Part shown: in pieces, positions 1 to 9,500 of the stretch
Numbering within the stretch: position 1 is the first letter of the stretch
Layout of the letters: every line of letters begins with the position of its first letter
Assembly: GCA_016186715.1 (NCBI GenBank)
Contig: JACPLA010000021.1
Span: forward strand, 640-64,639
DNA: 64,000 nt
Direction of reading: 5' to 3'
DNA from: Ignavibacteriales bacterium
Lineage (GTDB): Bacteria > Bacteroidota > Ignavibacteria > UBA10030
The notes under the pieces: generated by a model
What the model was told of the DNA's origin: nothing
Databases searched by the model: none
Seen by the model: only the letters and a program-made list of their open reading frames with translations
Program-made: the position numbers and the translations under genes

Positions 1-38
1 CGAACGACCAAGGCAACATGAATAATCGTCTGTCGCAT
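1..38 (-). CDS. VOC/glyoxalase family protein, N-terminus only (runs off left edge)
   Basis: Minus strand reads AAGGAG SD then ATG: MRQTIIHVALVVR, typical VOC family start; not in ORF track. Confidence 0.5.
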   Translation of the reverse strand, partial: MRQTIIHVALVV

Positions 39-563
39 CTTCGATCTCCTTAGTCAACGCCGGTATCACACACCCACAATATTTATGGCTCGACAGCCTT
101 AAGCCTTGTGGTTGGATGGAAGCGGATGAGATACGATGGCATCATGTTGAAGACGTAATTCGAATGACTCATTACGCTGATAACACCTCTCTCATTTTGC
201 TTTCGTAAGTACCTTAGAACGCCCATGCAACTTTCCTTTTAACGCTACCTTTTCAAAAAAATGCTCCACGACATGATGTCCTCCTTTAGTTAAGAATACT
301 TGATATCGGCTCGATGAATCTCGATCTTCGCCACCTTCGGATGCGTCGCTCGACTGTCTCTATGCTTTTCATAAAACGCATCCGACAGCTTTCAATACGC
401 TTGTCTCAATATTTCTGTCCCTGAACAAGGGAGTCCTCGCCGACTGCGGAAACAGCTGCATTGAACAGAAATCTAAGAAAGCAATCATCCAATTTAACTA
501 TTTTAAACCATACCCCGCAGCTTGGACTTCAAAGAAGCTGCGGGGTAAGCTACACTAGGTGCG

Positions 564-1250
564 TCAGCGTTTATTCGAAGAGTACCCACGAATCTGGTTG
601 TAAGAATCGCGTTGCTTTGGGGTCAGAAGATTGCTCGTTTCGAGGTGGGCCTGCAAGTGAGTCGTTCGGAGTTCTCCCTCCAATCGGGCAATTGACACGA
701 CGGACTTTATCAACGTTGCCGCTTCGATTTTCCTCGAGGCAAACAACCGGTCAAGCGATTTCTCTTGGTCTACGATAAGTTTACCTAACCTAACCGCCTC
801 TGCATGCATTTTGTCGAAGCTTACCCCAATGCGTTGTTTGACGCCGTTGGAAACGCCTAATTGATCGGCAGCGTCAAGAACGTGACGCGGTCCAGGGTAG
901 CTGTTTAACTCAGCAGCTTTCGCAAAACCCATCCCTCCACCTTCCAAGTAGCTTTTCATCTCGGCGTCAGAGAGGGCCTTGATTTCCCGGGTTTCGAGTC
1001 CAAGGTACGGCGATTGATCACCAGAGCTCTCGTATTTTTTCAAGCGCTCGGCAAGCATTGTCCTGAAATGTTCGTGCGACTCTAATTTGTCTAAGAGTTT
1101 CATCACCATTCCATGGTTACCTGAAATGAATGTGATCACCTCGTCTTGGTTTTTTGGGTCCTTTAGAAGGTCTTGAAACCTTTCTTGCGGAACGACAAAA
1201 GCTAATGAAACGACAACAACTGCGATTAGAACAATAATCGGTGATTTCAT
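564..1250 (-). CDS. Exported Spy/CpxP-like helical protein (periplasmic chaperone or metal-binding candidate)
   Basis: Signal peptide; SPY.G.ETREIKALS...GMG.AKAAELN.YPGP.HVL motif and C-terminal LT..Q...Y...RGY. Confidence 0.6.
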   Translation of the reverse strand: MKSPIIVLIAVVVVSLAFVVPQERFQDLLKDPKNQDEVITFISGNHGMVMKLLDKLESHEHFRTMLAERLKKYESSGDQSPYLGLETREIKALSDAEMKSYLEGGGMGFAKAAELNSYPGPRHVLDAADQLGVSNGVKQRIGVSFDKMHAEAVRLGKLIVDQEKSLDRLFASRKIEAATLIKSVVSIARLEGELRTTHLQAHLETSNLLTPKQRDSYNQIRGYSSNKR

Positions 1251-1419
1251 GGTTTAACTCCCGAAAGAAAAATTGTAAGAAACTGTTATTTAGTTAAGCA
1301 AGCAGCAAAGCATGTATGTCGTGCGGCAACCCGGGAAGAATCCTTACATTCCTTCCGCAAGGGTAACCTAACCAGCTCACGACATCACAGCGATAGCATT
1401 ACTTGTTAAGAAGTGGTAA

Positions 1420-1827
1420 TCAGATCCGAAGATTGTGCAACAGAACGGAGAGATCTCCCTGTGCACGGGGGAAGAACGAGTTGGAATTGTTCGCAATGCT
1501 TGAGAAAAGCGGGGGAAGATTTTCTGCATGCCAATGAATGTTACCGACAGTCAAGGACCGAAGGTCTTGCTGTTGCGTTGCAATCTGTGGGCCTTCACGG
1601 CAGACGCGTTCATGAAGGCCGCACTTGAGCATTACACTGAATGTTGGAAGGGCTTTCTGAGATCTCCGGCTGTGGGGACATTTGTCTTGTTCGCCAGAGA
1701 GAGATTTTCCACAGGGGATTGAAGCATTCGTCGTGATTCGCTGCTTCACAAAACAAAAAACGGGCAAGGTGCTCAACTGCACATGCGCAACGACGATTGT
1801 AATGACGAGGAGAAATCTGGAGTTCAT
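1420..1827 (-). CDS. Hypothetical Cys/His-rich exported protein (DUF2946-like architecture)
   Basis: Hydrophobic N-terminus, scattered Cys (PC, CPH, C...C), PP motif and LRI C-terminus; upstream of the Spy-like gene. Confidence 0.4.
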   Translation of the reverse strand: MNSRFLLVITIVVAHVQLSTLPVFCFVKQRITTNASIPCGKSLSGEQDKCPHSRRSQKALPTFSVMLKCGLHERVCREGPQIATQQQDLRSLTVGNIHWHAENLPPLFSSIANNSNSFFPRAQGDLSVLLHNLRI

Positions 1828-1930
1828 CTTCGTGTGATCCCGCCTTAGTTACCAAGTCAGAGTACCGATAAACGTCTCTTCATGTGAAAAAGTTCCAGTA
1901 CAATCATTGAGGTGGAATTAAGTGACAGTC

Positions 1931-2455
1931 TCATCCCATAGGGTGTTGCTGCTGTTGAGGGATCTTTTCTGATTGATTTGAGTGTATCAAACCCGTCCAG
2001 ACCGGGCATCTCAACATCACAGAGTATGAGATCTGGGACGGATTTGTGGCTAAGTCAGCGCCTGTCTTTCCGTCTCGGGCTTCGATGACCTCAAAACCCT
2101 CTTCCCTAAGACCGGTGGCGACCACTTCTCGCGTGAGGCTAGTCATTGACTGTCGTACAATGACAAGGTGAATCTCTTTGTTCCAAACTTCTCCGCTCTG
2201 GGACCGGATGACAAACAGGAGCGTGTAGTCTGTGCCCACGGGTATGCCGGGGTTTATGGCAAAAGTAAAAGGTGCTATCGCTTCTCCACGTGGCTTAATT
2301 TCATCGATGGTAATTGCCTGCTTTTCGAATCTTAGCGATGACGGTGGATTTTTTGCTTCAACCGAAATCCATCTTGCTTCATTCGAAGATGTGTTCTCAA
2401 ATCTGTTTTGAAAGGATCCTTGTGGGACTTTATGTATCACGGGCAATTTACTCAA
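1931..2455 (-). pseudogene. Chimeric debris: Ig-like fragment of a secreted protein joined to a frameshifted response-regulator receiver fragment
   Basis: LREEGFEVIEARDGKTG then, in another frame, [27 protein letters not shown] (receiver domain with phospho-Asp); upstream part is beta-rich with no proper start. Confidence 0.6.
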
Positions 2456-2520
2456 GAGACGAGATTGTCTGACATGGAACGCGCGTCGATATGCATTCTT
2501 GCTTAGGGTTTTAGTGCGCT

Positions 2521-2967
2521 GTGCTCAATCAGGGCTTTATTGCCTTTTTCCATATTCGACTTTCAGCCCCAAACCCATCAAAACTGCCTACTGTTCTGAA
2601 CACGATTGGCGACCATATCCGGAAGCGAAGAACGGAGCTTGAACTGCTGCAAAAGGACGTAGCGGGGTTAGTCGGGGTCTATAAGACAACGGTCTACGAC
2701 TGGGAACGGGGTTATACGAAGCCACGCCACAGATACCTTCCCAAGGTTATTGAATTCCTGGGTTATGATCCGGCTCCCGCGGAGCCGAGGACGCTGGGAG
2801 AGAAATTGCTGAAGTATCGGAAGGACCGCGGGATAACTCAGAAGGAGCTTGCCCGGCGCATTGGGATTGACCCAACGACGTTGAGCAGGTTGGAAAAAGG
2901 CAAAGGAAATCGCAACTTTCGAAATGTAAAGGAGAAAGCAGAGAGCTTCCTAAGAAAACATTCCTGA
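2521..2967 (+). CDS. Double helix-turn-helix (Xre-like) protein, copy 1
   Basis: [19 protein letters not shown]...WERG and TLGEKL.KYRK.RG.TQKELARRIGIDPTTLSRLE; 5' end lacks one G relative to copy 2. Confidence 0.8.
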   Translation: MLNQGFIAFFHIRLSAPNPSKLPTVLNTIGDHIRKRRTELELLQKDVAGLVGVYKTTVYDWERGYTKPRHRYLPKVIEFLGYDPAPAEPRTLGEKLLKYRKDRGITQKELARRIGIDPTTLSRLEKGKGNRNFRNVKEKAESFLRKHS

Positions 2968-3033
2968 GAAAACAAAGAGGCGAACGACCCACCTACTAGC
3001 CGTTCGCCCATTGCAATAGCCAAACACACCATC

Positions 3034-3444
3034 CTACTTTGTGAGAGCCATCTTCATTACCTTTGTGAATTGCTTTCCGCTCTGACCCGTCGCAACGATG
3101 CGATAGAAGTACACACCGCTTCCCACCTTGCCTCCAGCGGCGTCTGTCGCATTCCATGTCAGTCTCTGGTAGCCGGCAGAATACTCCCGCTCGACAAGTC
3201 TGACAATTTCACGACCCAAAACGTCGAGGACCGTGACACTCACGAATGACGGCTCGGGGAGCGCAAACGAAATCTGCGTTTCAGGATTGAAGGGATTGGG
3301 AAAATTCTGACTTACTTGAACCTCCTTCGGAATTACAATAACTATTTCCTCATCAGCATGTCTTTCCACGGGTTCACCCTCTACAAACGCGACGTTGCTG
3401 TACGCAGAGACCAAACATCGTGGCCGAATCTCTACGCTGGCCAT
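3034..3444 (-). pseudogene. Orphan C-terminal T9SS type A sorting (FlgD-Ig-like) domain fragment
   Basis: SQNFPNPFNPETQISFALP...DVLGREI..L...SGVYFYRI...KM; no upstream body of a secreted protein. Confidence 0.7.
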
Positions 3445-3460
3445 GGTCGTATCGACTTGA

Positions 3461-3821
3461 GGTGATCAGATTCGGAAGCAACGCCCTGACCAGAATCTCT
3501 TCTAAATAAAGACGTGGCGATACTGCTGGGATTTGATACATTGACAGATTACAACTGGGAGCGCAACTTTAGACGGCCTACACTCAGGACTACACGTATC
3601 TTCCCGCATTCCTTGAGCCGGGAAGCCTTGGAAGGGAAATTATGTTTTACCCCCTTCTTCGCGGGGTGAGCCAAAAGGGACTAGCGGGTAAACTCAACAT
3701 TGATCCTAGTACCTTGGCGCGGTTGGAACGAGATGAAGGAAAACCGAGTTGCAAACTGAAAGAAAAGTTTATTGAGTTCTTTAAGAAAAGCCGCCTATGC
3801 AACGAGCGGATTGAAGAATAA
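3461..3821 (+). pseudogene. Degenerate double-HTH gene, copy 4 (not in ORF track)
   Basis: Manual translation: GDQIRKQR..NLF* / KDVAILLG...YNWERN..RPTLR / SLGREI...RGVSQKGLAGKLNIDPSTLARLERDEGKP. Confidence 0.75.
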
Positions 3822-3897
3822 CCAGAAAAAGGAGACCTGCAGAACTTTTGTGTGTCTGTAGCAGCAGGGGTAGGAAACGCGACTCGTGCATGCCAAG

Positions 3898-4773
3898 CTA
3901 GGAAAGGCTCCTGGATTGAGCATCAGATGCACACTCCTCGACGACTTTGTGTATGTGAGCTTGAACGGTTTGTGATTTAGACGCTTGCGATTCTGTCATC
4001 TCATGGATTGGCTGACCAGATCCACCGCGACGCACCGCGATGATTTCACTCATAACACTGAGTGCTATTTCTTCGGGTGTTAAGGCACCGAGATCAAGTC
4101 CTGCCGGCGTCCTGACACACGAAAGCCCCGAAGCAGGTACCCCGGCATCCGCGACGTAATCGAGTACGAGTTTTGCACGTTTCTTGCTTGCAATGAGGGC
4201 GACGTATGCAGCGTTGCCTTCGAGTGCGAGCTTGAGTGAAAGATGATCCTGCTTATGCTGCGTTGCAATGACGACGTAGGATTGACTGTCGATCTTTGTC
4301 TCACCGAACGATCCCTGAAATAGTTTGTCTGCTGTGGGGAAAGCTTCCGGCATTGCCGCAGGGCTATTCACCGTGACAGTGAAGTTCATTATTTTGCCGA
4401 TTGCCGCAATCGTCTCAGCAATTTTTCCGTGACCAATAATCACAAGTTTAGGTTTCGGCAAAATCGGTTCAATATAGACTTGCATAGTCCCTCCACATGG
4501 CATGCCGACGCCGAGAACCTCGTCGGTCATATCGATGGATATCATTCGCGTATTACCATCTTTGATGCTTTGTGCAGCCTCATAGCGCACAGTGCTTTCC
4601 GCACATCCCCCGCCAACCCAGCCATAGAGAAGCCGCTCGTCGGTGTCGATGATTGCTTTTGATCCCGGCTTCGCAGAGGATGAACCCTGGATATGCACAA
4701 CCGTCGCCACTGCGAATGGTTTTTCCGTCTTGCTCAGCTCAAAGAGCTTTTCAAAAAATTCCTTTGACATCAC
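3898..4773 (-). CDS. XdhC/CoxF family molybdoenzyme maturation factor
   Basis: ATVV...GSSSAKPG, GWVGGGCAE, MPCGG, PAGLDLGA.TPEEIALS. Confidence 0.9.
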   Translation of the reverse strand: MMSKEFFEKLFELSKTEKPFAVATVVHIQGSSSAKPGSKAIIDTDERLLYGWVGGGCAESTVRYEAAQSIKDGNTRMISIDMTDEVLGVGMPCGGTMQVYIEPILPKPKLVIIGHGKIAETIAAIGKIMNFTVTVNSPAAMPEAFPTADKLFQGSFGETKIDSQSYVVIATQHKQDHLSLKLALEGNAAYVALIASKKRAKLVLDYVADAGVPASGLSCVRTPAGLDLGALTPEEIALSVMSEIIAVRRGGSGQPIHEMTESQASKSQTVQAHIHKVVEECASDAQSRSLS

Positions 4774-4781
4774 TCATCCTC

Positions 4782-5078
4782 CTATCGAAGGAAAACGTCG
4801 ATTCCAAAATAGGGTAAGATCACAAATGCGAGAGTCACAGCGCAGCTTCCCAAGAAAAATACTTTATTAAACACAGTACCCCTGGCTCGAAAAGTCAAAT
4901 AGAATGAAATACCGAATGAGATCACCCCAGCGGCAAGTAGGATGTGACGATAAGGACTGAGGATCCACACAAGACTTGTTGAACCGAGACCGAACAGGGA
5001 ATAGAAAAAGGGAAGTGCACAACAAGGTCGTGAAAGAAACCCAAAGATGATTCCCGTGATAGTCGTCAGATTCTTCAA
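4782..5078 (-). CDS. MerT/MerF-like small membrane protein with CC motif
   Basis: Three hydrophobic segments, SRPCCALP in first helix, L.PYR motif; TTG start after AGGAG. Confidence 0.6.
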   Translation of the reverse strand: MKNLTTITGIIFGFLSRPCCALPFFYSLFGLGSTSLVWILSPYRHILLAAGVISFGISFYLTFRARGTVFNKVFFLGSCAVTLAFVILPYFGIDVFLR

Positions 5079-5094
5079 TTGCGGACTCCTTCCT

Positions 5095-5558
5095 TCATCC
5101 TAGTTCCCTCGTTTCCTGTTCATGTTGCCGGCGTATATTCACGATCTCGGCAAGGATACTGAGTGCAATTTCTTCAGGGGTGGATGCATAAATCTCCAAA
5201 CCAGCCGGCGATCTGACGCGTTTCAATTCTTCGTCGGACACACCGCCTGAACGTAGATGCTGAATCATTTCTGCACCACGTTTCTTACTCCCCAGTACCC
5301 CAATGTACCTTGCCTTTGTTTCAAGTGCTTGCGCCAGAGCATCTTCATCGTATTTGCCGCGACTCGCGATGACGATATACGACTCAAGTGAGACATCTGC
5401 TTTCCTCAAATCCAACTCCTGGATGGTGTCATCCACCTCCATGTCATCTTCTGAAAGAAACGGATCAATAACGGTGACGTGGAATTTGAGCACTTCCCTA
5501 GCTTTGCAAGCGAGGTCGCAACCGTATCACCTCCAATGACCACGAGCCTGGCGACATG
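5095..5558 (-). pseudogene. XdhC Rossmann (C-terminal) domain, frameshifted; probably originally fused to upstream MocA
   Basis: EHVARLVVIGGDTVA.SLAKLGK in one frame continues as LKFHVTVID...YIVIASRG..DE.AL...YIG.LGS...SPAGLEI.A.TPEEIALSI in another. Confidence 0.7.
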
Positions 5559-5559
5559 T

Positions 5560-6234
5560 TCAGACGTCAAGACTGGATTCCTTGATGGAGGAAAATCTTT
5601 TGAAGTCATCCGCAGTGTCGATATCAACGAGAATGCTGGCGTCAGCAAGGTTCACTGTGTGGATTTTTTTCGGATGGAGGCCGAAGAGAGATCGACAGCC
5701 AATGTCACCCGAGATTTGCATCATCTCGCCAAACAGCGAGCGATCAACTAGTACCGGATTCCCTCGAAATCCCTTATAGACGGGAAGAATGATCGGAGCT
5801 TTCTCTCGACGATATTCATCGGTCAATTGATTGATAATTGAAGGATTGAGAAAAGGCTGATCAGCCAACACGATCAATGCGGCCTCTGAGTCGGGTGCGA
5901 GAGACTGGAGACCGGCCTTGATCGACGTGCTCATTCCTTGCGCAAATACATCGTTGACGACGACTCTTGTTCGTTGGGCTCCACTATTCAGAGTAATCGC
6001 TTTCAGAATTTTTTCAGACTGATAACCGAGGACAAGGATTATCTCGCTCACACTCGAATCAGCCACCGTACGTATTGTGTGTTCCAGTAACGTGCAATTC
6101 CCTACTTTCATCAATTGCTTGAGGCTTCCCATACGCTTCGACATTCCAGCTGCGAGAATTATCGCCGAGACGAATGGTCGATTGACCGTCTCAATTCTTT
6201 GTGCAGTATGTTCTCGAGTTTCGAGCATGTTCAT
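5560..6234 (-). CDS. mocA: Molybdenum cofactor cytidylyltransferase (MocA/YgfJ family)
   Basis: AIILAAGMSKRMG..KQL, GMSTS, LADQP, G.RGNPV, GD.G.R, DIDT..D; CODH uses the MCD cofactor. Confidence 0.85.
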   Translation of the reverse strand: MNMLETREHTAQRIETVNRPFVSAIILAAGMSKRMGSLKQLMKVGNCTLLEHTIRTVADSSVSEIILVLGYQSEKILKAITLNSGAQRTRVVVNDVFAQGMSTSIKAGLQSLAPDSEAALIVLADQPFLNPSIINQLTDEYRREKAPIILPVYKGFRGNPVLVDRSLFGEMMQISGDIGCRSLFGLHPKKIHTVNLADASILVDIDTADDFKRFSSIKESSLDV

Positions 6235-7250
6235 CCACCAAGTTGAAACATTTCTGCCCTTGTTGCATGAGCACCTGCTTCAAGAAGTTGAGCGCGCTCT
6301 TCAGAATATCGATCGGTTCTGTTGCTCCAAATCGATGCGATCAATTCCTTGATGCTCTCGTCGCTCGCTCCGGTTCTCAGATGAGTCTTGAGATCGTGTC
6401 CCTGACTTGCAAACAAGCACGTATAGAATTTTCCTTCTGCCGATAGTCTGATCCTTGCGCAATCTCCACAAAAAGGTTTTGTCACTGATGCGATGACTCC
6501 TATTTCGCCCTTCCCGTCCGTGTATCGATACCGCAGCGCGACCTCGCTCGGATAACTTCGCTCCAAAGGTTCGAGCGGCAATTCTTTGTCGATACGTCGG
6601 ATGATCTCATCAGCAGAAACGACATCATCCATCCTCCAACCGTTCAGAGTTCCTACGTCCATGTACTCAATAAATCGTAGAACATGTCCCCGTCGTTTGA
6701 AAAATCTCGCGAGGTCAACCAACGTATGGCCATTGACCCCTTTTTGAACAACAACGTTGATTTTGAGAGGCGAGAAACCGACCCTCGCAGCCGTTTCAAT
6801 TCCTTGGAGGACGCGCTCAGTCGTGAATCCTTGTCCGTTCATCTTGCCGAAGACTTCATCATCGAGTGAATGCAGACTCACGGTTATTCTATGGAGTCCT
6901 GCATCCTTGAGCGCCTGCGCTTTTTCAGTTAACAGGTATCCATTCGTTGTGAGAGCGAGGTCTGTCATTCCCTTGATCCCGGCCAGTTGGTAGACCAACA
7001 CCTCTATGTCATTTCTAAGCAAAGGCTCGCCACCCGTGAGACGGACCTTGGAGACCCCAAGATCAACAAAGATCTTTGCAACGCGAACGATCTCCTCGAA
7101 TGTCAGGATTTCGGTTTTCGGAAGAAACTCGTATCGCTCGCCAAACGTTTCAGCAGGCATGCAAAAAGGACACCGAAAATTACATCGGTCCGTGACCGAG
7201 ACCCGAAGGTCGTTGAGCGGTCTGCCGAATTTATCTTTGAGTTCAGACAT
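6231..7250 (-). CDS. moaA: GTP 3',8-cyclase MoaA (radical SAM)
   Basis: LRVSVTDRCNFRCPFC, RLTGGEPLLR, FCGDC.R.R, CLFA, C-terminal GG. Confidence 0.97.
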   Translation of the reverse strand: MSELKDKFGRPLNDLRVSVTDRCNFRCPFCMPAETFGERYEFLPKTEILTFEEIVRVAKIFVDLGVSKVRLTGGEPLLRNDIEVLVYQLAGIKGMTDLALTTNGYLLTEKAQALKDAGLHRITVSLHSLDDEVFGKMNGQGFTTERVLQGIETAARVGFSPLKINVVVQKGVNGHTLVDLARFFKRRGHVLRFIEYMDVGTLNGWRMDDVVSADEIIRRIDKELPLEPLERSYPSEVALRYRYTDGKGEIGVIASVTKPFCGDCARIRLSAEGKFYTCLFASQGHDLKTHLRTGASDESIKELIASIWSNRTDRYSEERAQLLEAGAHATRAEMFQLGG

Positions 7251-7257
7251 GTTTTTT

Positions 7258-8256
7258 TTAACGATGTTTCATCTTGATGTATTGTTCGGGGTCCTTTTCA
7301 AAGGTAGACTTGCAATGGGCGGAACAGAAATAAAAAGTCCTTCCATTCAGCTTTGAAATATGCTTCGCTGTAGCAACGTTCACCATCATCCTACAAATAG
7401 GGTCTTCTTGCTCGGCCGGTTCGTTCGCCCGGTGTTTTGCAGTCTCTGGGCTTGCGTGAGCTGCAGCTGATCTGGTAACTTGAATTATCTCTGCAAGAAT
7501 GCTTACCGCAATCTCTCCGGGAGCCGCCGCTTTGATGTCCAAACCCGCCGGGACCTTCACATGCTTCAACTGGGAGGAGGAGAAACCTCGTCCCTGCAAA
7601 TACTCTGAAACCGCCTCCCATTTCTTCTTGCTGGCAACAAACGCAACGTACGCAGCGTCAAGGCTCAGCGCCTGCTCGAGCGCTCCCTCGTCATCTTCTC
7701 CTTGCGTTGCAACGACAATGGCAGAACGGGTAGATGATCTCTCCTCAAACGCCCTCATAAGCCCTACACCATGCCCCGACTGTTGGAAAATATCCACGTC
7801 TGCAAAATCTTCTCGACTTTCTTCCGGGGCCACAACTGCAACGCGATACGAGAGGGTCTTCGCGAGCGTTGCGAGCGTTTGGGCAACGGCTGACCGTCCG
7901 AAGATGAGCAGTTGTACTTTCGAAAGAATCGGTTCAATGAAAATATCCAAGGTTCCTCCACTGTGACACATCATCGTGTAACCGGTGATGCCATCGGAAG
8001 GCTCGGCGCCAACTGTCGGGCTGACACGAACAAACCGCGGGTTGCCGTCCTCGAGAGCTTTCATCGCTTCTTTGATCACGATCGGTTGAGCGCATCCCCC
8101 GCCAACCCAGCCGGATAACTTCCCATCACGGGAGATGAGAGCTCTGTCGCCCGGCTTTGCTGAGGTCGGACGTTCACACCGCACGACGGTGGCAACCGCG
8201 AATGGTTCATTCTTTTCCCGGAGTCGACTAACGAGTTTTAAGAAATCGTCAAACAT
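7258..8256 (-). CDS. XdhC/CoxF family maturation factor with C-terminal YHS domain
   Basis: GWVGGGCAQP, CHSGG, PAGLDI.A..P.EIAVSI; tail DPIC.M.V...FYFCS.HC...F..DP..Y. Confidence 0.9.
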   Translation of the reverse strand: MFDDFLKLVSRLREKNEPFAVATVVRCERPTSAKPGDRALISRDGKLSGWVGGGCAQPIVIKEAMKALEDGNPRFVRVSPTVGAEPSDGITGYTMMCHSGGTLDIFIEPILSKVQLLIFGRSAVAQTLATLAKTLSYRVAVVAPEESREDFADVDIFQQSGHGVGLMRAFEERSSTRSAIVVATQGEDDEGALEQALSLDAAYVAFVASKKKWEAVSEYLQGRGFSSSQLKHVKVPAGLDIKAAAPGEIAVSILAEIIQVTRSAAAHASPETAKHRANEPAEQEDPICRMMVNVATAKHISKLNGRTFYFCSAHCKSTFEKDPEQYIKMKHR

Positions 8257-8300
8257 AATTCAATCTTCACGCACTTCTGTGTTTTCATTTCTTTTTATCG

Positions 8301-9470
8301 TTAAGATAAATGATGCTCGAGTTGGAGAAGACTCTCCAAACTGTGCGCGGGCGCGAAAACGTCCGCGAAGGGGAGTGCAGCACTCATCCCGCGTGTGATT
8401 GGCTGGTACTCAGCAAGTCCAAGAAGAGGATTGAGCCAGATGAGCTTTCGGGCCCGACGCTTGATTGTTTGGAGTTGTTCTGTCAGCGCTTCAGGTTCAC
8501 CGGTGTCCCAGCCATCACTCATGATAATGACCAAAGAATTGCGCGAACGCAGTTTCCGAGCATGCAGCGTATTGAATTCCGCCAAACATTTACCGATGCG
8601 CGTGCCCCCGGACCAGCTCTCGACGTTCTGCGCAACCATCTGTAAAGCGTTGGAGAGTTGATGCGTTCGAAGTGCGCCTGAAATATCGGTTAGCCGCGTG
8701 CTGAAAACGAACGAATCGACGCGCTCAAAATACTGCTGCAGTGCATAGACGAATCGCAGGAGGAACAAGCTGTAGAGGTCCATCGATCCGCTGACATCTA
8801 GAAGCACGACCAGATTGATCTTTTGACGTTTTCTTTCCTTATAGTGCAGCGTCATCGGTTCTCCGCCGCGACTGAGGTTGGAACGAATCGTCCGCCTGAA
8901 ATCCAGACGGCCTCGTTCTCCATACTGTCGATACCTTCGCGTCAAGCGCTTGCTCATCTGTCGCCACAGCCGCAGGCAAAGTTGTTCCAGGAGAGGAAGG
9001 TCGGAAGCCGCCACCTCTGAGAAATCCATCTTTCTTAATCGCTCTTCTGCACTTGCTCCGGTGGTTGCCGTGAGATCGCCTTCCTCCTGGGACTTGCTGG
9101 CCTGCTCCAAAGCTCGGCGGTGTTCGTCTCCAATCACGGGCACTTCAATCCGAGAAGAAAGTACTTCCCTCTGCAGGTGGATTGTTTCAGTGGAGTTTCC
9201 CCAAAACTGTTCAAACAGCTGATCAAACTGTTCGTATTGTTCCCTTGAAGAGCAGAGGAGTGCGCGAAGCGAAGATTGAAATGCTTCGCGATCGGTAATC
9301 GTAACGAAGCGAGCAACTTCCAGGGCATCGATGGTTTCTTGTAAACCGACTTGAAAACTGTTTGCTCGCAAGAATCGGCAGAACTGAACGATCGTCTTGG
9401 TCACGATACCGTCGGAAAAGCCAGCACTTGCACGCACGGTCATGCTCTTTTGAGTCGGTTTCTTCATCAC
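8301..9470 (-). CDS. coxE: CoxE VWA-domain protein
   Basis: DVSGSM, FSTRL, WSGGTRIG, SDGWD.G, WLNPL. Confidence 0.92.
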   Translation of the reverse strand: MMKKPTQKSMTVRASAGFSDGIVTKTIVQFCRFLRANSFQVGLQETIDALEVARFVTITDREAFQSSLRALLCSSREQYEQFDQLFEQFWGNSTETIHLQREVLSSRIEVPVIGDEHRRALEQASKSQEEGDLTATTGASAEERLRKMDFSEVAASDLPLLEQLCLRLWRQMSKRLTRRYRQYGERGRLDFRRTIRSNLSRGGEPMTLHYKERKRQKINLVVLLDVSGSMDLYSLFLLRFVYALQQYFERVDSFVFSTRLTDISGALRTHQLSNALQMVAQNVESWSGGTRIGKCLAEFNTLHARKLRSRNSLVIIMSDGWDTGEPEALTEQLQTIKRRARKLIWLNPLLGLAEYQPITRGMSAALPFADVFAPAHSLESLLQLEHHLS

Positions 9471-9500
9471 CTCATCGTCCTCGGTTCGCGTTTCAACATC

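Noticed and set aside
83..226. 47-codon minus-strand ORF
   Set aside because: No recognisable motif or composition supporting a real gene
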